DNA from: Ignavibacteriota bacterium
GTDB taxonomy: Bacteria; Bacteroidota; Ignavibacteria; UBA10030
Assembly (NCBI GenBank): GCA_963701295.1
Contig: OY969585.1
Location: 384,001 to 448,000 of the forward strand
DNA length: 64,000 nt
Reading direction: 5' to 3'
Numbering within the stretch: position 1 is the first letter of the stretch; each line of letters begins with the position of its first letter. Under the pieces are notes generated by a model. It did not search any database. It was not told where the DNA came from and worked only from the letters and a program-made list of their open reading frames with translations. Positions 29,929-40,751 of this stretch are shown piece after piece. The position numbers and the translations under genes are program-made.

Positions 29929-32574
29929 TCATCCTTTTTTTGGATGAATGACATCCGGTCTCACTTTCGTCACAAATTCAATCATTCCACGATGATCTGT
30001 GCCGATTTCTATTGTTTCTCCATCGCTGATCTCTCCGGAAAGTATTTTCTCTGACAGAGTATTAATGACATATTTTTGGATAACCCTCTTAAGTGGACGC
30101 GCACCATAACTGGGATCATATCCAATTATTGCCAACCGAGATTTTGCTTCCTCCGTGAATGTGAGCGTGATGTTTTTTTCTGCCAACATTTTCTGCACCT
30201 GCCGCAGTTGTAATTCTACAATCTGCGCTAACTCCGACATAGTCAGAGGTTTGAAAACGATGATCTCATCGATGCGGTTAAGGAATTCCGGTCGGATGGA
30301 TTGTTTTAACATCTCAAATAATTTCACGCGCAGCTCACCCATCAATTCATCGCGATTTTCTTCCGTTAGCATTTCCATCTTCTCATGAATCAGATGCGAC
30401 CCAAGATTCGATGTCATAATAACGATGGTGTTTTTAAAGTTCACCGTTCGTCCTTTACTGTCCGTGAGCCTGCCTTCATCGAGCAATTGCAGAAGAATAT
30501 TGAATACTTCCGGATGCACTTTCTCAATTTCATCCAGCAGCACTATGGAATATGGTTTCCTTCGAACTGCTTCAGTGAGTTGTCCGCCTTCTTCATACCC
30601 GACGTAACCCGGCGGCGCTCCAATAAGACGTGATACCGAAAATTTTTCCATGTACTCGCTCATATCGATACGGACAACTGCATTTTCATCGTTGAACAAG
30701 AACTCAGCAAGTGCTTTTGCAAGCTCTGTTTTTCCAACACCGGTACTGCCAAGAAAAATAAATGAACCGATTGGTTTCCGTTCATCCTGTAATCCGGCAC
30801 GACTGCGGCGAATTGCATCGGCAACGGCTTTTACTGCATCTTCCTGATCAACAAGTCGTTTGTGAATTCTGTCTTCAAGATGCAACAGCTTTGCACGCTC
30901 ACTTTCAAGCATTCGCTGAACAGGAATGCCGGTCCACTTCGCCACTATTTCCGCAATATCCTCCGCGTCAACTTCCTCTTTAAGCATTTTCTGATCTTTC
31001 TGAACTTCGACTAGCTTCTTAGATGCTTCTTTCAATTTCTTTTCCAATCCGACGATCACTCCATAACGAAGTTCTGCTACGCGCTCAAGTTCACCTTGCC
31101 GTTCTTTCTGATCCGATTCGTTTTTTGCGTTCTCAATTTCTTCTTTCATTTTACGGATGGATTGGATTAAATCTTTTTCAACCTGCCAGTGAGCTTTCAA
31201 ACCGGAACGTGTTTGGTTTAACTCGGCAAGCTCCCGCTCGATTTCTCCCAAACGCGATTTGGATTCATCATCTTTTTCCCGTTTCACTGCTTCACGCTCG
31301 ATCTCAAGCTGCTTAATGCGCCGTTCTATGTCATCTAATTCTTCCGGCATCGAGTCGATCTCAATCCGAAGTTTTGACGCCGCTTCATCGACCAAATCGA
31401 TTGCTTTATCCGGCAGAAAGCGGTCTGAGATATAACGATGACTCAACTGCGCCGCTGCAACAATCGCTCCGTCGGTAATGCGGACACCATGATGAACTTC
31501 ATATCGTTCCTTCAGACCGCGTAAAATGGAAATCGTGTCTTCCACGCTTGGCTCATCCACCATGACTGGTTGAAATCGCCGTTCTAATGCCGGATCTTTC
31601 TCGACATATTTCCGATACTCGTCTATAGTGGTTGCGCCGATAGCACGCAAATCGCCTCGTGCTAATGCAGGCTTCAGCATATTCGCCGCATCGACGGAAC
31701 CTTGTGCTGAACCAGCACCGACAAGTGTATGGAGTTCATCGATGAACAAAATGATCTCACCGTTGGATTCGGTGACTTCTTTCAAAACTGCTTTGAGCCG
31801 TTCTTCAAACTGCCCGCGGAAACTTGTTCCCGCAACAAGTGTGCCCATATCGAGAGCAACGATGCGTTTCGTTTTCAAACTTTCCGGTACATCACCTGAG
31901 ACAATACGATGCGCGATTCCCTCAGCGATGGCTGTTTTGCCAACTCCAGGATCACCGATAAGCACAGGATTATTTTTCGTTCTGCGCGAGAGCACTTGTA
32001 ACACACGCCGGATTTCATCCTCACGCCCGATAACCGGATCGAGTTTTCCTTTGCGCGCCAAATCGTTCAGGTCGCGGCCAAAGCGTTGGAGCGATTGATA
32101 TTTGTCCTCCGGTGTTTGGTCGGTTACACGCTGGCTGCCTCGAACTTCCTTGAGCGCTTTGTAAATGCCGTCTTTTGTCACGCCTTGATCGGCAAGAAGT
32201 TTTCCAGCCGCCAACTGAGCTTGGAGCAGCGCCAACAGTAAATGTTCTGTGCTGATATATTCGTCTTTGAGCTGCTGCGCTTCTTGCTGTGCAGATTCAA
32301 AGAGCCGGCCAAGGGCTGGAGAAAGATTTTGATTGCCAAGTCCGGAGCCCTGTACTTTGGGCAGCTTCTCAACTGCCTCATTAATTTTTATTTTCAGATA
32401 GTTGACATTGGCGCCAAGCTTCTGAAGAAGCGGCACCACAACTCCTTCGCTATCCTGCACAAGCGCCGCGAGTAAATGTTCCGGCTCAATAATCTGATTG
32501 CTATAGCTCGATGCAATTTCCTGTGCATTCTGCACAGCTTCTTGAGATTTAATTGTGAATTTATTGAAGTTCAT
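29929..32574 (-). CDS. clpB: ATP-dependent disaggregase ClpB
   Basis: Two AAA+ modules ([16 protein letters not shown]), long coiled-coil M domain, [23 protein letters not shown]. Confidence 0.98.
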   Translation of the reverse strand: MNFNKFTIKSQEAVQNAQEIASSYSNQIIEPEHLLAALVQDSEGVVVPLLQKLGANVNYLKIKINEAVEKLPKVQGSGLGNQNLSPALGRLFESAQQEAQQLKDEYISTEHLLLALLQAQLAAGKLLADQGVTKDGIYKALKEVRGSQRVTDQTPEDKYQSLQRFGRDLNDLARKGKLDPVIGREDEIRRVLQVLSRRTKNNPVLIGDPGVGKTAIAEGIAHRIVSGDVPESLKTKRIVALDMGTLVAGTSFRGQFEERLKAVLKEVTESNGEIILFIDELHTLVGAGSAQGSVDAANMLKPALARGDLRAIGATTIDEYRKYVEKDPALERRFQPVMVDEPSVEDTISILRGLKERYEVHHGVRITDGAIVAAAQLSHRYISDRFLPDKAIDLVDEAASKLRIEIDSMPEELDDIERRIKQLEIEREAVKREKDDESKSRLGEIERELAELNQTRSGLKAHWQVEKDLIQSIRKMKEEIENAKNESDQKERQGELERVAELRYGVIVGLEKKLKEASKKLVEVQKDQKMLKEEVDAEDIAEIVAKWTGIPVQRMLESERAKLLHLEDRIHKRLVDQEDAVKAVADAIRRSRAGLQDERKPIGSFIFLGSTGVGKTELAKALAEFLFNDENAVVRIDMSEYMEKFSVSRLIGAPPGYVGYEEGGQLTEAVRRKPYSIVLLDEIEKVHPEVFNILLQLLDEGRLTDSKGRTVNFKNTIVIMTSNLGSHLIHEKMEMLTEENRDELMGELRVKLFEMLKQSIRPEFLNRIDEIIVFKPLTMSELAQIVELQLRQVQKMLAEKNITLTFTEEAKSRLAIIGYDPSYGARPLKRVIQKYVINTLSEKILSGEISDGETIEIGTDHRGMIEFVTKVRPDVIHPKKG

Positions 32575-32586
32575 ATATTCCTCAGT

Positions 32587-32826
32587 TTACAGAATTTTCT
32601 TTTCCTTCCCACTCTCTTCCTCTTCCCACTTCTTTTCTGCCTGCATTTCAATTACAGTCTCGATGGCGTTTTGTTTTTCCTTTGACTGCATATCATGGAA
32701 CGCCGCCATCGATGCAAAGCTGCCGGAACGTTGAATATTTTTTTCTCTTATAGCATAGATTATTCCAGCCAGCAAAAAAACTATAACACCGATGAATAAT
32801 AAAAGCGCAATTGTTGAGTTGGACAT
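32587..32826 (-). CDS. Small single-TM hypothetical protein with acidic tail
   Basis: 79 aa, hydrophobic N-terminus, ends 12 nt before the clpB ATG, co-oriented. Confidence 0.65.
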   Translation of the reverse strand: MSNSTIALLLFIGVIVFLLAGIIYAIREKNIQRSGSFASMAAFHDMQSKEKQNAIETVIEMQAEKKWEEEESGKEKKIL

Positions 32827-32893
32827 GTCACATCCATCTTTCCTTCACGAACCCCCTCTTGGTCTCCACTTATGAGAGGGAGGAAGAGAAAAC

Positions 32894-32922
32894 AAAAAAA
32901 GGCGAGGATTTCCTCGCCTTTT
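32894..32922 (-). terminator. Intrinsic terminator after dnaK
   Basis: GGCGAGGA/TCCTCGCC stem followed by T7 on the minus strand. Confidence 0.85.
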
Positions 32923-32927
32923 GAGAA

Positions 32928-32975
32928 AACCTTACGAAGGTCTACTCGGAAAAACGTTGTAACCTTCGCAAGGTT
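32928..32975. repeat. REP-like inverted repeat
   Basis: AACCTTACGAAGGT...ACCTTCGCAAGGTT (13 of 14 positions complementary). Confidence 0.6.
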
Positions 32976-32993
32976 ATTGCAAAACGAGATCAG

Positions 32994-34964
32994 TTACTTA
33001 TCGTCCACTACCTCAAAGTCTGCATTCTCGACTTTCTTTCCGCCCTGATCACCGCTTGGTGGCTGCTGTTGCTGCTGTTCTCCACCCGGCTGTCCTCCGG
33101 GGAACGGCCCTTGCTGTGGTCCACCTGCACCCGGCGGTGGCTGCTGATTCTTTGCCGATTCGTACATTTTCGATGAGGCTTCGTTCCAAGCATTGTTCAA
33201 TGTTTCCATTTTCGCTTTGATCTCAGTTGCATTGTTCGTCTTAATCGCTTCCTCAAGTGCATTGGCGGCTGATTCTACCTTTGCTTTCGTGTCAGCCGAC
33301 ATCTTATCGGCAAGGTCTTTCAACTGTTTGCGTGTTTGGAAGACAAGATTATCTGCTTGGTTTTTTGTCTCTATTTCTTCTTTTCGTTTTTTATCTTCCG
33401 AAGCATGCGACTGCGCATCGTTCTTCATCTTTTCCACTTCTTCCTTACTCAATCCACTGGACGAAGTAATACGGATCGACTGTTCTTTGTTTGTCGCCTT
33501 GTCTTTTGCAGAAACGTGCAGCATACCGTTCGCATCGATATCGAATGTCACTTCAATTTGAGGAACGCCGCGTGGTGCCGGTGGAATTCCATCAAGATGG
33601 AAACGGCCCAATGTGCGATTATCCACTGCCAGCGGCCGTTCACCTTGAAGAACGTTAATCTCTACCGACGGCTGGCTATCGGACGCCGTAGAATAAATTT
33701 CGCTCTTCTTTGTTGGAATGGTCGTGTTTGCTTGAATCATGGGTGTCATTACACCGCCAAGTGTCTCAATACCGAGCGTCAACGGTGTAACATCCAGCAA
33801 GAGAACATCAGTCACATCACCGGAGAGCACTCCGCCTTGAATCGCCGCACCAACTGCGACGACTTCATCCGGATTCACTCCTTTATGTCCTTCTTTGCCA
33901 AAAAGATCATTCACAAGCTTCTGGACACGCGGCACGCGCGTCATACCGCCAACGAGAATGATTTCATCAATTTGATTCGGCATCACATTGGCATCTTTAA
34001 GAGTCTTCTCAACTGGTGGAACGCACCGTTGAACCAGATCTTCCACAAGCTGCTCGAACTTTGCGCGGGTGAGTGTCATATTTAAGTGTTTCGGACCATC
34101 CGCTGTGGCAGTGATGAACGGCAAGTTGATTTCCGTTTGCATCAATTGTGAAAGTTCCATCTTCGCCTTTTCTGCCGCTTCACGCAATCGCTGGAGCGCC
34201 ATCGGATCTTTGCGTAAATCAATCCCTTCCGTTTTCTTGAACTCATCGGCTATATATTCCAAAACACGCATATCGAAATTATCGCCACCAAGATGTGTAT
34301 CGCCGTTTGTGGACTTCACTTCGAAAACACCGTCGCCGAGTTCAAGAACAGAAATATCAAAAGTACCGCCACCGAGATCGAATACGGCGACTTTCGAATC
34401 TTTGTGCTTCTTATCGAGACCGTAGGCAAGCGCTGCTGCTGTTGGTTCGTTGATAATACGTCGAACGTTAAGTCCGGCAACCTCACCCGCTTCTTTCGTT
34501 GCCTGACGCTGTGCATCGTTAAAATATGCCGGTACTGTGATAACCGCTTCTGTGATCTTTGTACCAAGATAATCTTCTGCCGTCTGTTTCATTTTTTGAA
34601 GAATCATTGCAGAAATTTCCGGGGGTGAATAGACACGGTCGCCAATTTGTACACGGGCTGTGTTATTATCACCTTGAACAACTTTGTAAGGAACAAGCTT
34701 CATCTCTTCGTTCACTTCGTTAAAGAAACGTCCCATAAATCGCTTGATAGAGAATACGGTATTTTGCGAGTTTGTTACCGCCTGCCGTTTCGCAGCCGCG
34801 CCGATAAGCCGCTCTCCTGACTTCGGAAATCCAACGACCGATGGAGTTGTGCGCGCACCTTCGATATTGGCGATCACAACAGGATCATTTCCTTCCATCA
34901 CTGCTACGACCGAGTTGGTGGTTCCAAGGTCGATGCCGATAATTTTTCCTGAATTTGCTGACAT
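32994..34964 (-). CDS. dnaK: Molecular chaperone DnaK
   Basis: [46 protein letters not shown]. Confidence 0.99.
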   Translation of the reverse strand: MSANSGKIIGIDLGTTNSVVAVMEGNDPVVIANIEGARTTPSVVGFPKSGERLIGAAAKRQAVTNSQNTVFSIKRFMGRFFNEVNEEMKLVPYKVVQGDNNTARVQIGDRVYSPPEISAMILQKMKQTAEDYLGTKITEAVITVPAYFNDAQRQATKEAGEVAGLNVRRIINEPTAAALAYGLDKKHKDSKVAVFDLGGGTFDISVLELGDGVFEVKSTNGDTHLGGDNFDMRVLEYIADEFKKTEGIDLRKDPMALQRLREAAEKAKMELSQLMQTEINLPFITATADGPKHLNMTLTRAKFEQLVEDLVQRCVPPVEKTLKDANVMPNQIDEIILVGGMTRVPRVQKLVNDLFGKEGHKGVNPDEVVAVGAAIQGGVLSGDVTDVLLLDVTPLTLGIETLGGVMTPMIQANTTIPTKKSEIYSTASDSQPSVEINVLQGERPLAVDNRTLGRFHLDGIPPAPRGVPQIEVTFDIDANGMLHVSAKDKATNKEQSIRITSSSGLSKEEVEKMKNDAQSHASEDKKRKEEIETKNQADNLVFQTRKQLKDLADKMSADTKAKVESAANALEEAIKTNNATEIKAKMETLNNAWNEASSKMYESAKNQQPPPGAGGPQQGPFPGGQPGGEQQQQQPPSGDQGGKKVENADFEVVDDK

Positions 34965-35092
34965 TGCTATTTATCCTTTCTTTTTTGCGGTTTGTACCGC
35001 TGATTGGTGGTTTTGTACTTCCAGTATTTTGTTCTTCTCAGTCTCGCATTGAATATTATATTCACTACTTGACTCGGACCAACAAAAATTAC

Positions 35093-35131
35093 TTAAGAAA
35101 AGATTGGACCATCCCACCAGATGGTCCAACC
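35093..35131 (-). terminator. Terminator-like hairpin after the hsp20 pair
   Basis: TTGGACCATC/GATGGTCCAA 10-bp stem followed by TCTTTTCTT on the minus strand. Confidence 0.65.
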
Positions 35132-35138
35132 CATTATG

Positions 35139-35166
35139 GTACGGACATATCGCGATTGGCCCGTAC
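35139..35166. repeat. Short REP-like palindrome
   Basis: GTACGGAC-atatcgcgattg-GCCCGTAC, 5 nt past the hsp20 stop. Confidence 0.45.
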
Positions 35167-35171
35167 AAAGA

Positions 35172-35639
35172 TTATTTCACCTTTACTTCGATCTGCTTCG
35201 GCTTTGCTTCCTCTGCCTTCGGTAAACTGATATTCAGAATGCCGTCTTTGAATGAAGCATCGATCTTATCATTCTTCACGGTGTTCGGCAGCGTGAAAGA
35301 ACGCTGGAATGAACCGTACGACCGCTCAACGCGGTGATAGTTCTCCTTCTTTGTTTCTTTCTCCTGCTTCTTCTCACCGCGAATCGTAAGAATATTTGAT
35401 TCGAGCGTTATTTTCACTTCTTCTTTACTGACGCCCGGTAATTCCATTTTGACGACATATTGATCGTCGTGTTCGGCGATATCAACTGCGGGCGACCATG
35501 CCGTAAGAGCATAATCTTCATTGCGGTCTGTACCGTCGAAAAAATTATCGAACATCCTGTTCATTTCCCTCTGCATCCCGAAGAGGTTAGAGGGCCATGC
35601 CGCGAGATCGTGGGCTGGATTCCATCGAACGAGTGACAT
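35172..35639 (-). CDS. Hsp20/alpha-crystallin family protein
   Basis: PAVDI, ELPGV, ERSYGSFQRSFTLP, DGILNISLPK. Confidence 0.95.
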   Translation of the reverse strand: MSLVRWNPAHDLAAWPSNLFGMQREMNRMFDNFFDGTDRNEDYALTAWSPAVDIAEHDDQYVVKMELPGVSKEEVKITLESNILTIRGEKKQEKETKKENYHRVERSYGSFQRSFTLPNTVKNDKIDASFKDGILNISLPKAEEAKPKQIEVKVK

Positions 35640-35663
35640 AGGTCTTTCCTCCTTTAAATTTAT

Positions 35664-36068
35664 TTAGTTAATAGAGATTTCCTTTGCCTTCACTGCTTCT
35701 GTTTTCGGCAAAGTTATCGTTAAAACACCATTGCTCATTTCTGCTGAAATCTTGGCCGCATCGACTTGAATTCCGAACTTCACAGAGCGGTTAAAACCCG
35801 GGTTCCGGATTTCTTTCAGCAGAACGGACGCCTTTTCTGAAACCTCGGCAGGTTTCTGTTCGCTGCTGAGAGTCAGAATATTATTTTCAAAAGTGATTTT
35901 AACATCTTCCTTCTTGACGCCGGGTAATTCTGCATTCACAACGATCTCGTTTTCTTGTTCAACGATATCCAGAGCCGGTACCGTGCAGCGGCCTGGCAGC
36001 ACATCGGATGAAAAGAAATTTTCGATGAGATGATCGTAGGTTCTTGGTGAATCGAATCGTACTAACAT
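35664..36068 (-). CDS. Hsp20/alpha-crystallin family protein (divergent paralogue)
   Basis: PALDI, AELPGV, NGVLTITLPK. Confidence 0.92.
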   Translation of the reverse strand: MLVRFDSPRTYDHLIENFFSSDVLPGRCTVPALDIVEQENEIVVNAELPGVKKEDVKITFENNILTLSSEQKPAEVSEKASVLLKEIRNPGFNRSVKFGIQVDAAKISAEMSNGVLTITLPKTEAVKAKEISIN

Positions 36069-36115
36069 GGTTGCATCTCCTTTTTTGATTTTTATTTGTG
36101 ATCTGCTATATCTAT

Positions 36116-36131
36116 GTCAAGCGGCGTGCCA
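36116..36131 (-). promoter_or_regulatory. Candidate sigma54 (-24/-12) promoter for the hsp20 pair
   Basis: TGGCAC-GCCGC-TTGAC, about 48 nt upstream of the ATG; the consensus is TGGCAC-N5-TTGC. Confidence 0.55.
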
Positions 36132-36671
36132 GGTAGAAAAGTGCGGAATATGGTTGATTTTTAAAGATTGGAAAAAGCTGCCCCGGCATTCTGGCAGTTT
36201 GCCTGCCAATGTTTCCGATTGTGCAATCATGGTGTGGCAGGATATTAGGAAGAAACGGCAGAGCGAAAGAAAAAGAAGACAGAAGAATGCCTCACAAGAG
36301 GCGATGAATGAAAGATTAATGCTTGGCAATCTCTGAAATGCCTTTTCCAATCTTTCGGACGAAGCGGAGAAGAAGAAGAAATAATTGGAACACGCACAAG
36401 CAAGGTTCACCGATAGGTTCGTTCAACTGAACGTCCTACAACATATTACGCCTCAACATCTGCACGGCAGTGTCTCAGTTTAGTGCGGTCAGGACTTGCT
36501 TGCCCCCTATCTTGTTGGGTGGGCGTCCTGATCGATACTGTTGAATGTCAGGAATCCCGCTTTGCGGGAACATCACTAACTAATTATGTTAAATTAAGAC
36601 ACTACCGTTCACCTTGCATTTCATACGCTTTTTAGCGTATCTTTTCTATCACCTTTTGTCAGGGAACCATT

Positions 36672-38234
36672 ATGCGTCGGTTGTTTTTACTTCTGCCATT
36701 ATTCTCTGTACTCGTATACGCACAAGCCATCGACCCGGCATCGAAGATCGGTTATACATCCATCAATGCCGCCAACCTTAAAGCAAACCTAACCATCCTC
36801 GCATCCGATAGTCTTGAAGGGCGTGAAACTTCCTACCCGGGTCAGAAGAAAGCTGCGCAATATATTGTCGGAATTTTTAAGAAACTCAATCTGCAACCTA
36901 TTGGTGATAACGGGACGTTTTTCCAACATTTTGATGTTGAGATATCACGTGTTCATCCAGAGACAAAGATCGTTATAGAAACCGGCAGAATGAAGAAAAG
37001 TTACATATGGGGAACAGATTTCATATCAGAAGGAGCAAGAGATACAACGGTAACCGGTCCTGCAGCATTTGTGGGATTCACAGATACAGAGTTAGATTCT
37101 ACCGCTCAAACGAAACTTACCGGACGAGTCTTATTCGCCTTTATCGGCAAGAAGGATTATGCCAATGATTCGACAAAGGCAATAACGTTACGGCGACTTT
37201 ACTCGAATCGCCGCGATGCCGGAGCGCTTGCTGCGCTGATGATCCCGGATGAAGAGGGGCCCGCCGTATTCCAACAAGCACTGCAAATGATGCGCGACTA
37301 TGGCTTAGATAAAGGATTTATGCGGATGAAAAGTAATATGCCGCAAGTGAAGCAGTCCAATATTCATTTTCTTGTATCGCGGGCTTTGGCGGAAGAAGTG
37401 CTGAGATCATCGGGTAGATCACTCAAACAGCTGAGAAATGAAGCGCTGCAAGATCAGAAATTCACGCCGATCCTCATCGACGATGCGACCATAACTATTG
37501 ATGCAAAGGTTATTCATGAAACGAAACAAACAGAAAATGTGCTAGGTCTCCTGCCCGGAAGCGATCCTGTTCTCAAAGCACAGGTTGTTGCTTTTACTGC
37601 TCACTATGATCATTTAGGAAAGACTCAGGATGGCGTTATTTATCACGGTGCAGATGATGATGGCAGCGGGACAACTGCTATTCTGGAACTTGCGGAGGCA
37701 TTTGTTAAAAACCCCGTGAAACCAAAGCGCAGCCTTCTTTTTATGACAGTCACCGGTGAAGAGAAAGGATTGTTCGGTTCGCAGTATTACGTGGACAATC
37801 CCGCAATTCCTCTTGATCAGACAATTGCCGACCTGAATATGGATATGATTGGGCGTATCGATATGCTACACGAGTCACACAAAGATACTAATTATATATA
37901 CGTTATTGGTTCTGATAAGATAAGTTTTGAACTCGATAGTTTGCTTCACGTTGCGAACGCAGAATCGGGACAATTGACGCTTGATTATAAATATAATGAC
38001 GAACAAGATCCTGAACGATTCTATTACCGGAGTGATCATTATAATTTTGCAAAGAATGGAGTACCAATCGTTTTTTTCTTCGATGGCATCCATGCCGATT
38101 ATCACAAACCAACTGACACCGTCGATAAGATCCTCTTTGAACGAATGGGAAAGATATGTCGAATGATTTATAATCTTGGATGGAAACTCGGGAATTTTAA
38201 CCGGCTGCTTATAAAAAAATCTTGCCAAGAATAG
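36672..38234 (+). CDS. M28 family peptidase (exported, with PA-like insert)
   Basis: Signal peptide, EGRET, AHYDHLG, GADDDGSG, GEEKGLFGS, NMDMIGR, RSDH, YHKPTD. Confidence 0.93.
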   Translation: MRRLFLLLPLFSVLVYAQAIDPASKIGYTSINAANLKANLTILASDSLEGRETSYPGQKKAAQYIVGIFKKLNLQPIGDNGTFFQHFDVEISRVHPETKIVIETGRMKKSYIWGTDFISEGARDTTVTGPAAFVGFTDTELDSTAQTKLTGRVLFAFIGKKDYANDSTKAITLRRLYSNRRDAGALAALMIPDEEGPAVFQQALQMMRDYGLDKGFMRMKSNMPQVKQSNIHFLVSRALAEEVLRSSGRSLKQLRNEALQDQKFTPILIDDATITIDAKVIHETKQTENVLGLLPGSDPVLKAQVVAFTAHYDHLGKTQDGVIYHGADDDGSGTTAILELAEAFVKNPVKPKRSLLFMTVTGEEKGLFGSQYYVDNPAIPLDQTIADLNMDMIGRIDMLHESHKDTNYIYVIGSDKISFELDSLLHVANAESGQLTLDYKYNDEQDPERFYYRSDHYNFAKNGVPIVFFFDGIHADYHKPTDTVDKILFERMGKICRMIYNLGWKLGNFNRLLIKKSCQE

Positions 38235-38246
38235 GATATCGCACGA

Positions 38247-39029
38247 ATGTATTCCAAGGAAGAGCTTCAAAGCGGACTGAACACACGCATCTTTGGAAAA
38301 AAGATATTCATGTATGACTCCATCGATTCAACCAACGCTTGCGCAAAAACACTTGCAAGTACCGGTGCTGAGGAAGGAACCGTGATCATAGCTGAATATC
38401 AGACAACGGGACGCGGTCGGCTTGGAAGAACATGGCAGGCGGAATCCGGAAGCAACTTATTGTTCTCTACAATCATCCGCCCGACGCTAGAAATCAACAA
38501 GATTGGGTTACTTCCATTTTTTGCTGCCGCAGGAGTTGCACTTGCCCTTGAGACTGTTACCGGTGCACTCTGCGAATGTAAATGGCCGAACGATGTGCTC
38601 TTGAATGGGAAGAAGTGTTGCGGCATTCTCTTAGAAAGTTCTTTCCAACACAATGCACTCGACTATGCGGTTATGGGTATAGGATTAAACGTCAATCAGG
38701 AAGTATTCGGCGGGGATCTCAAAGACCGGGCAACATCACTCAGTCAAGAATACGGCAGGGAATTTGACCGAAGGAAAATATTTCAGCAGATCATGAAATC
38801 ATTAGAACTACTTTATGCGGAAGTAAAAACAGGCAAGTTCGAGGTAACACTTCATGAATGGAAAGCACGAACGAAAATGTTCGGAAAACAGGTTACGCTT
38901 ACTCAGGCAGGCGAGCACCTACACGGGCGTGCAATTAATCTTTCCGCTGATGGAGGACTGATTCTTGATACACCCGATGGTCAGCGAGTGTGTTATGCCG
39001 GTGATGTAACTTTCACAATACAAATTTAA
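38247..39029 (+). CDS. birA: Biotin--[acetyl-CoA-carboxylase] ligase (no N-terminal HTH)
   Basis: IDSTN, QTTGRGRLGRTW, KWPND, KCCGILLE, GIGLNV. Confidence 0.94.
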   Translation: MYSKEELQSGLNTRIFGKKIFMYDSIDSTNACAKTLASTGAEEGTVIIAEYQTTGRGRLGRTWQAESGSNLLFSTIIRPTLEINKIGLLPFFAAAGVALALETVTGALCECKWPNDVLLNGKKCCGILLESSFQHNALDYAVMGIGLNVNQEVFGGDLKDRATSLSQEYGREFDRRKIFQQIMKSLELLYAEVKTGKFEVTLHEWKARTKMFGKQVTLTQAGEHLHGRAINLSADGGLILDTPDGQRVCYAGDVTFTIQI

Positions 39030-39062
39030 AAAATATATTCAAAGGAAAATGGGAAAAACAAT

Positions 39063-39860
39063 ATGTTCATCGCAATTGATATCGGGAATACACACACGGT
39101 CATCGGTGTTTACAAAGAAGAGACACTTAAAGCTGATTTGCGCATTCCGAGTACATTCCAACAAACAGAGGATGAGATTGGCGTACAAGTGTTCACTTTG
39201 CTTACGGGAAATAAAATCGGCATGGAGAATATCGACGGCGTTGGTATCTCATCAGTCGTACCCAATCTCACTGATATCTATACCTCTCTGTCCAATAAGT
39301 TATTTCATCAGGAACCACTGATCGTGAGTGCAAATTTAAATTTAGGAATAACGATTCATTATAATGATCCGAAGTCCATTGGCGCCGACAGGCTCTGCAA
39401 CGCTATTGCCGGGTATACAAAGTACGGCGGACCGCTCATCATTATTGATTTCGGAACAGCAACAACATACAACATTGTGGCATCAAACGGTGATTATCTT
39501 GGTGGTGTCATTGCTCCCGGCATTGAAACATCAGCTGTAGATTTGCACAAACGAACAGCAAGATTACCAAAGGTCGACCTGTATCTTCCAGATAGTATTA
39601 TCGGTACCGATACTGTGAGCAGTATGCAGACAGGAATCCTCTGGGGTGCGGTCGATGCAATGACAGGCATGGTACATCGTATACAAAGCGAATTGCAGCA
39701 GATTGAAGCGAAGAAAGCTTTGGTAATCGCTACAGGCGGTTTTTCAAAATTTGTTGCAGACCATTCACAGCTCATTCAGCACGTGGAAACATCTCTTGTA
39801 CTAGAAGGAATTTGTTTAATATACGATCGAGTCCATCGCAAAGGGAAAAAACCTGCATAA
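39063..39860 (+). CDS. coaX: Type III pantothenate kinase
   Basis: IDIGNT, SSVVP, GADR, IDFGTATT, GGVIAPG, ATGG. Confidence 0.95.
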   Translation: MFIAIDIGNTHTVIGVYKEETLKADLRIPSTFQQTEDEIGVQVFTLLTGNKIGMENIDGVGISSVVPNLTDIYTSLSNKLFHQEPLIVSANLNLGITIHYNDPKSIGADRLCNAIAGYTKYGGPLIIIDFGTATTYNIVASNGDYLGGVIAPGIETSAVDLHKRTARLPKVDLYLPDSIIGTDTVSSMQTGILWGAVDAMTGMVHRIQSELQQIEAKKALVIATGGFSKFVADHSQLIQHVETSLVLEGICLIYDRVHRKGKKPA

Positions 39861-39861
39861 A

Positions 39862-40620
39862 TCAGACCGACGCGACCTTCTCTTCAATTTCCTGTTTTAG
39901 GCGATCGAGTTCCCGTGCTTCTGCATGGTGAGCATACAGCATTCGATATAACCCAAGCAATCCACGTACGGAAGTCTCTAAGGTTACTGCTTCATGTTGA
40001 ATTTGGTTTAAAAGATCGCGCAGTTGCTCGCGTTGCGGCGAAGGCAAATGTGTACAAAGCTCTTCACCCTGCGTTTCGATATTTCCATTAATATTGGCAA
40101 GAGCCGAGTTGAGCGTGGGTGTTATAGCATTAAGGACATCGCGTACTTTATCTGTCGCCAGCTTGTTCAATTTGATTTCCCGCGCATGCTCTTCTTCAAA
40201 GGATTGTGTAACGCGGAATCGGTGACGTTCAATCGTTGCATTGATGACAACGCCGAGGTGTGTGAGATCGAGTTGTTCTTTCCGAACGTAATCATATGCA
40301 CCAAGTTTCATCGCATCAACAGCAACAATATCCGATCCTACAGCCGTTAACATAACTACTGGTGTTTCAATATGATTATCATACATCCACTGTAAAAGGT
40401 CAAGCCCGTTCATCTCCGGCATATAGTAATCGGTGAGGATGATATCAAAATGGGAACTGCTGTTTTCAAGGAATTCCTTCGCCTGACGACCGCTTCGTGC
40501 GATAGTTACGCGATGTTGTAATTCATCTTGGAGTTGACCTGCGACAATGTCTGCAAAGAATTCGTCATCATCGACAAGAAGAATGTCTAGAGTTTGCTGG
40601 TCCAATGATTTCTCCCACAT
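39862..40620 (-). CDS. Response regulator fused to a degenerate DHp-like helical domain
   Basis: REC (VDDDE, LTDYYMP, MLTA, AMKLGAYDY); the C-terminal NAITPTLNSALANI aligns with an H-box but lacks His. Confidence 0.8.
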   Translation of the reverse strand: MWEKSLDQQTLDILLVDDDEFFADIVAGQLQDELQHRVTIARSGRQAKEFLENSSSHFDIILTDYYMPEMNGLDLLQWMYDNHIETPVVMLTAVGSDIVAVDAMKLGAYDYVRKEQLDLTHLGVVINATIERHRFRVTQSFEEEHAREIKLNKLATDKVRDVLNAITPTLNSALANINGNIETQGEELCTHLPSPQREQLRDLLNQIQHEAVTLETSVRGLLGLYRMLYAHHAEARELDRLKQEIEEKVASV

Positions 40621-40691
40621 GAAGATTTCGACGTTTTCAATCGTCGCTAATCTAATGAAATCTCAACACACAAACAAATATCCTGTGTCAC

Positions 40692-40728
40692 AAAACACAA
40701 ACGCCTCTCCAAAACAATGAGAGGCGTT
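40692..40728 (-). terminator. Terminator-like hairpin after nuoN
   Basis: AACGCCTCTC/GAGAGGCGTT stem followed by TGTGTTTT. Confidence 0.65.
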
Positions 40729-40751
40729 CGTAATAGAAAAATTATCGAAAT

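Noticed and set aside
33193-35052. Long plus-strand ORFs opposite dnaK (and similar ones opposite guaB, purD, clpB, yebC and nuoD)
   Set aside because: Antisense shadows of conserved genes with no motifs or independent expression signals.
34971-35168. 65-aa ORF between hsp20 and dnaK
   Set aside because: It runs through a palindrome, a terminator hairpin and a probable dnaK promoter, with no coding features.
34965-36250. CIRCE/HrcA operator at hsp20 or dnaK
   Set aside because: No TTAGCACTC-N9-GAGTGCTAA or near match was seen.
36250-36600. Possible sRNA or gene in the hsp20-M28 spacer
   Set aside because: Only isolated hairpins (e.g. GGTCAGGAC..GTCCTGATC, TCCCGCTTTGCGGGA) were seen; no supportable ORF or RNA family.
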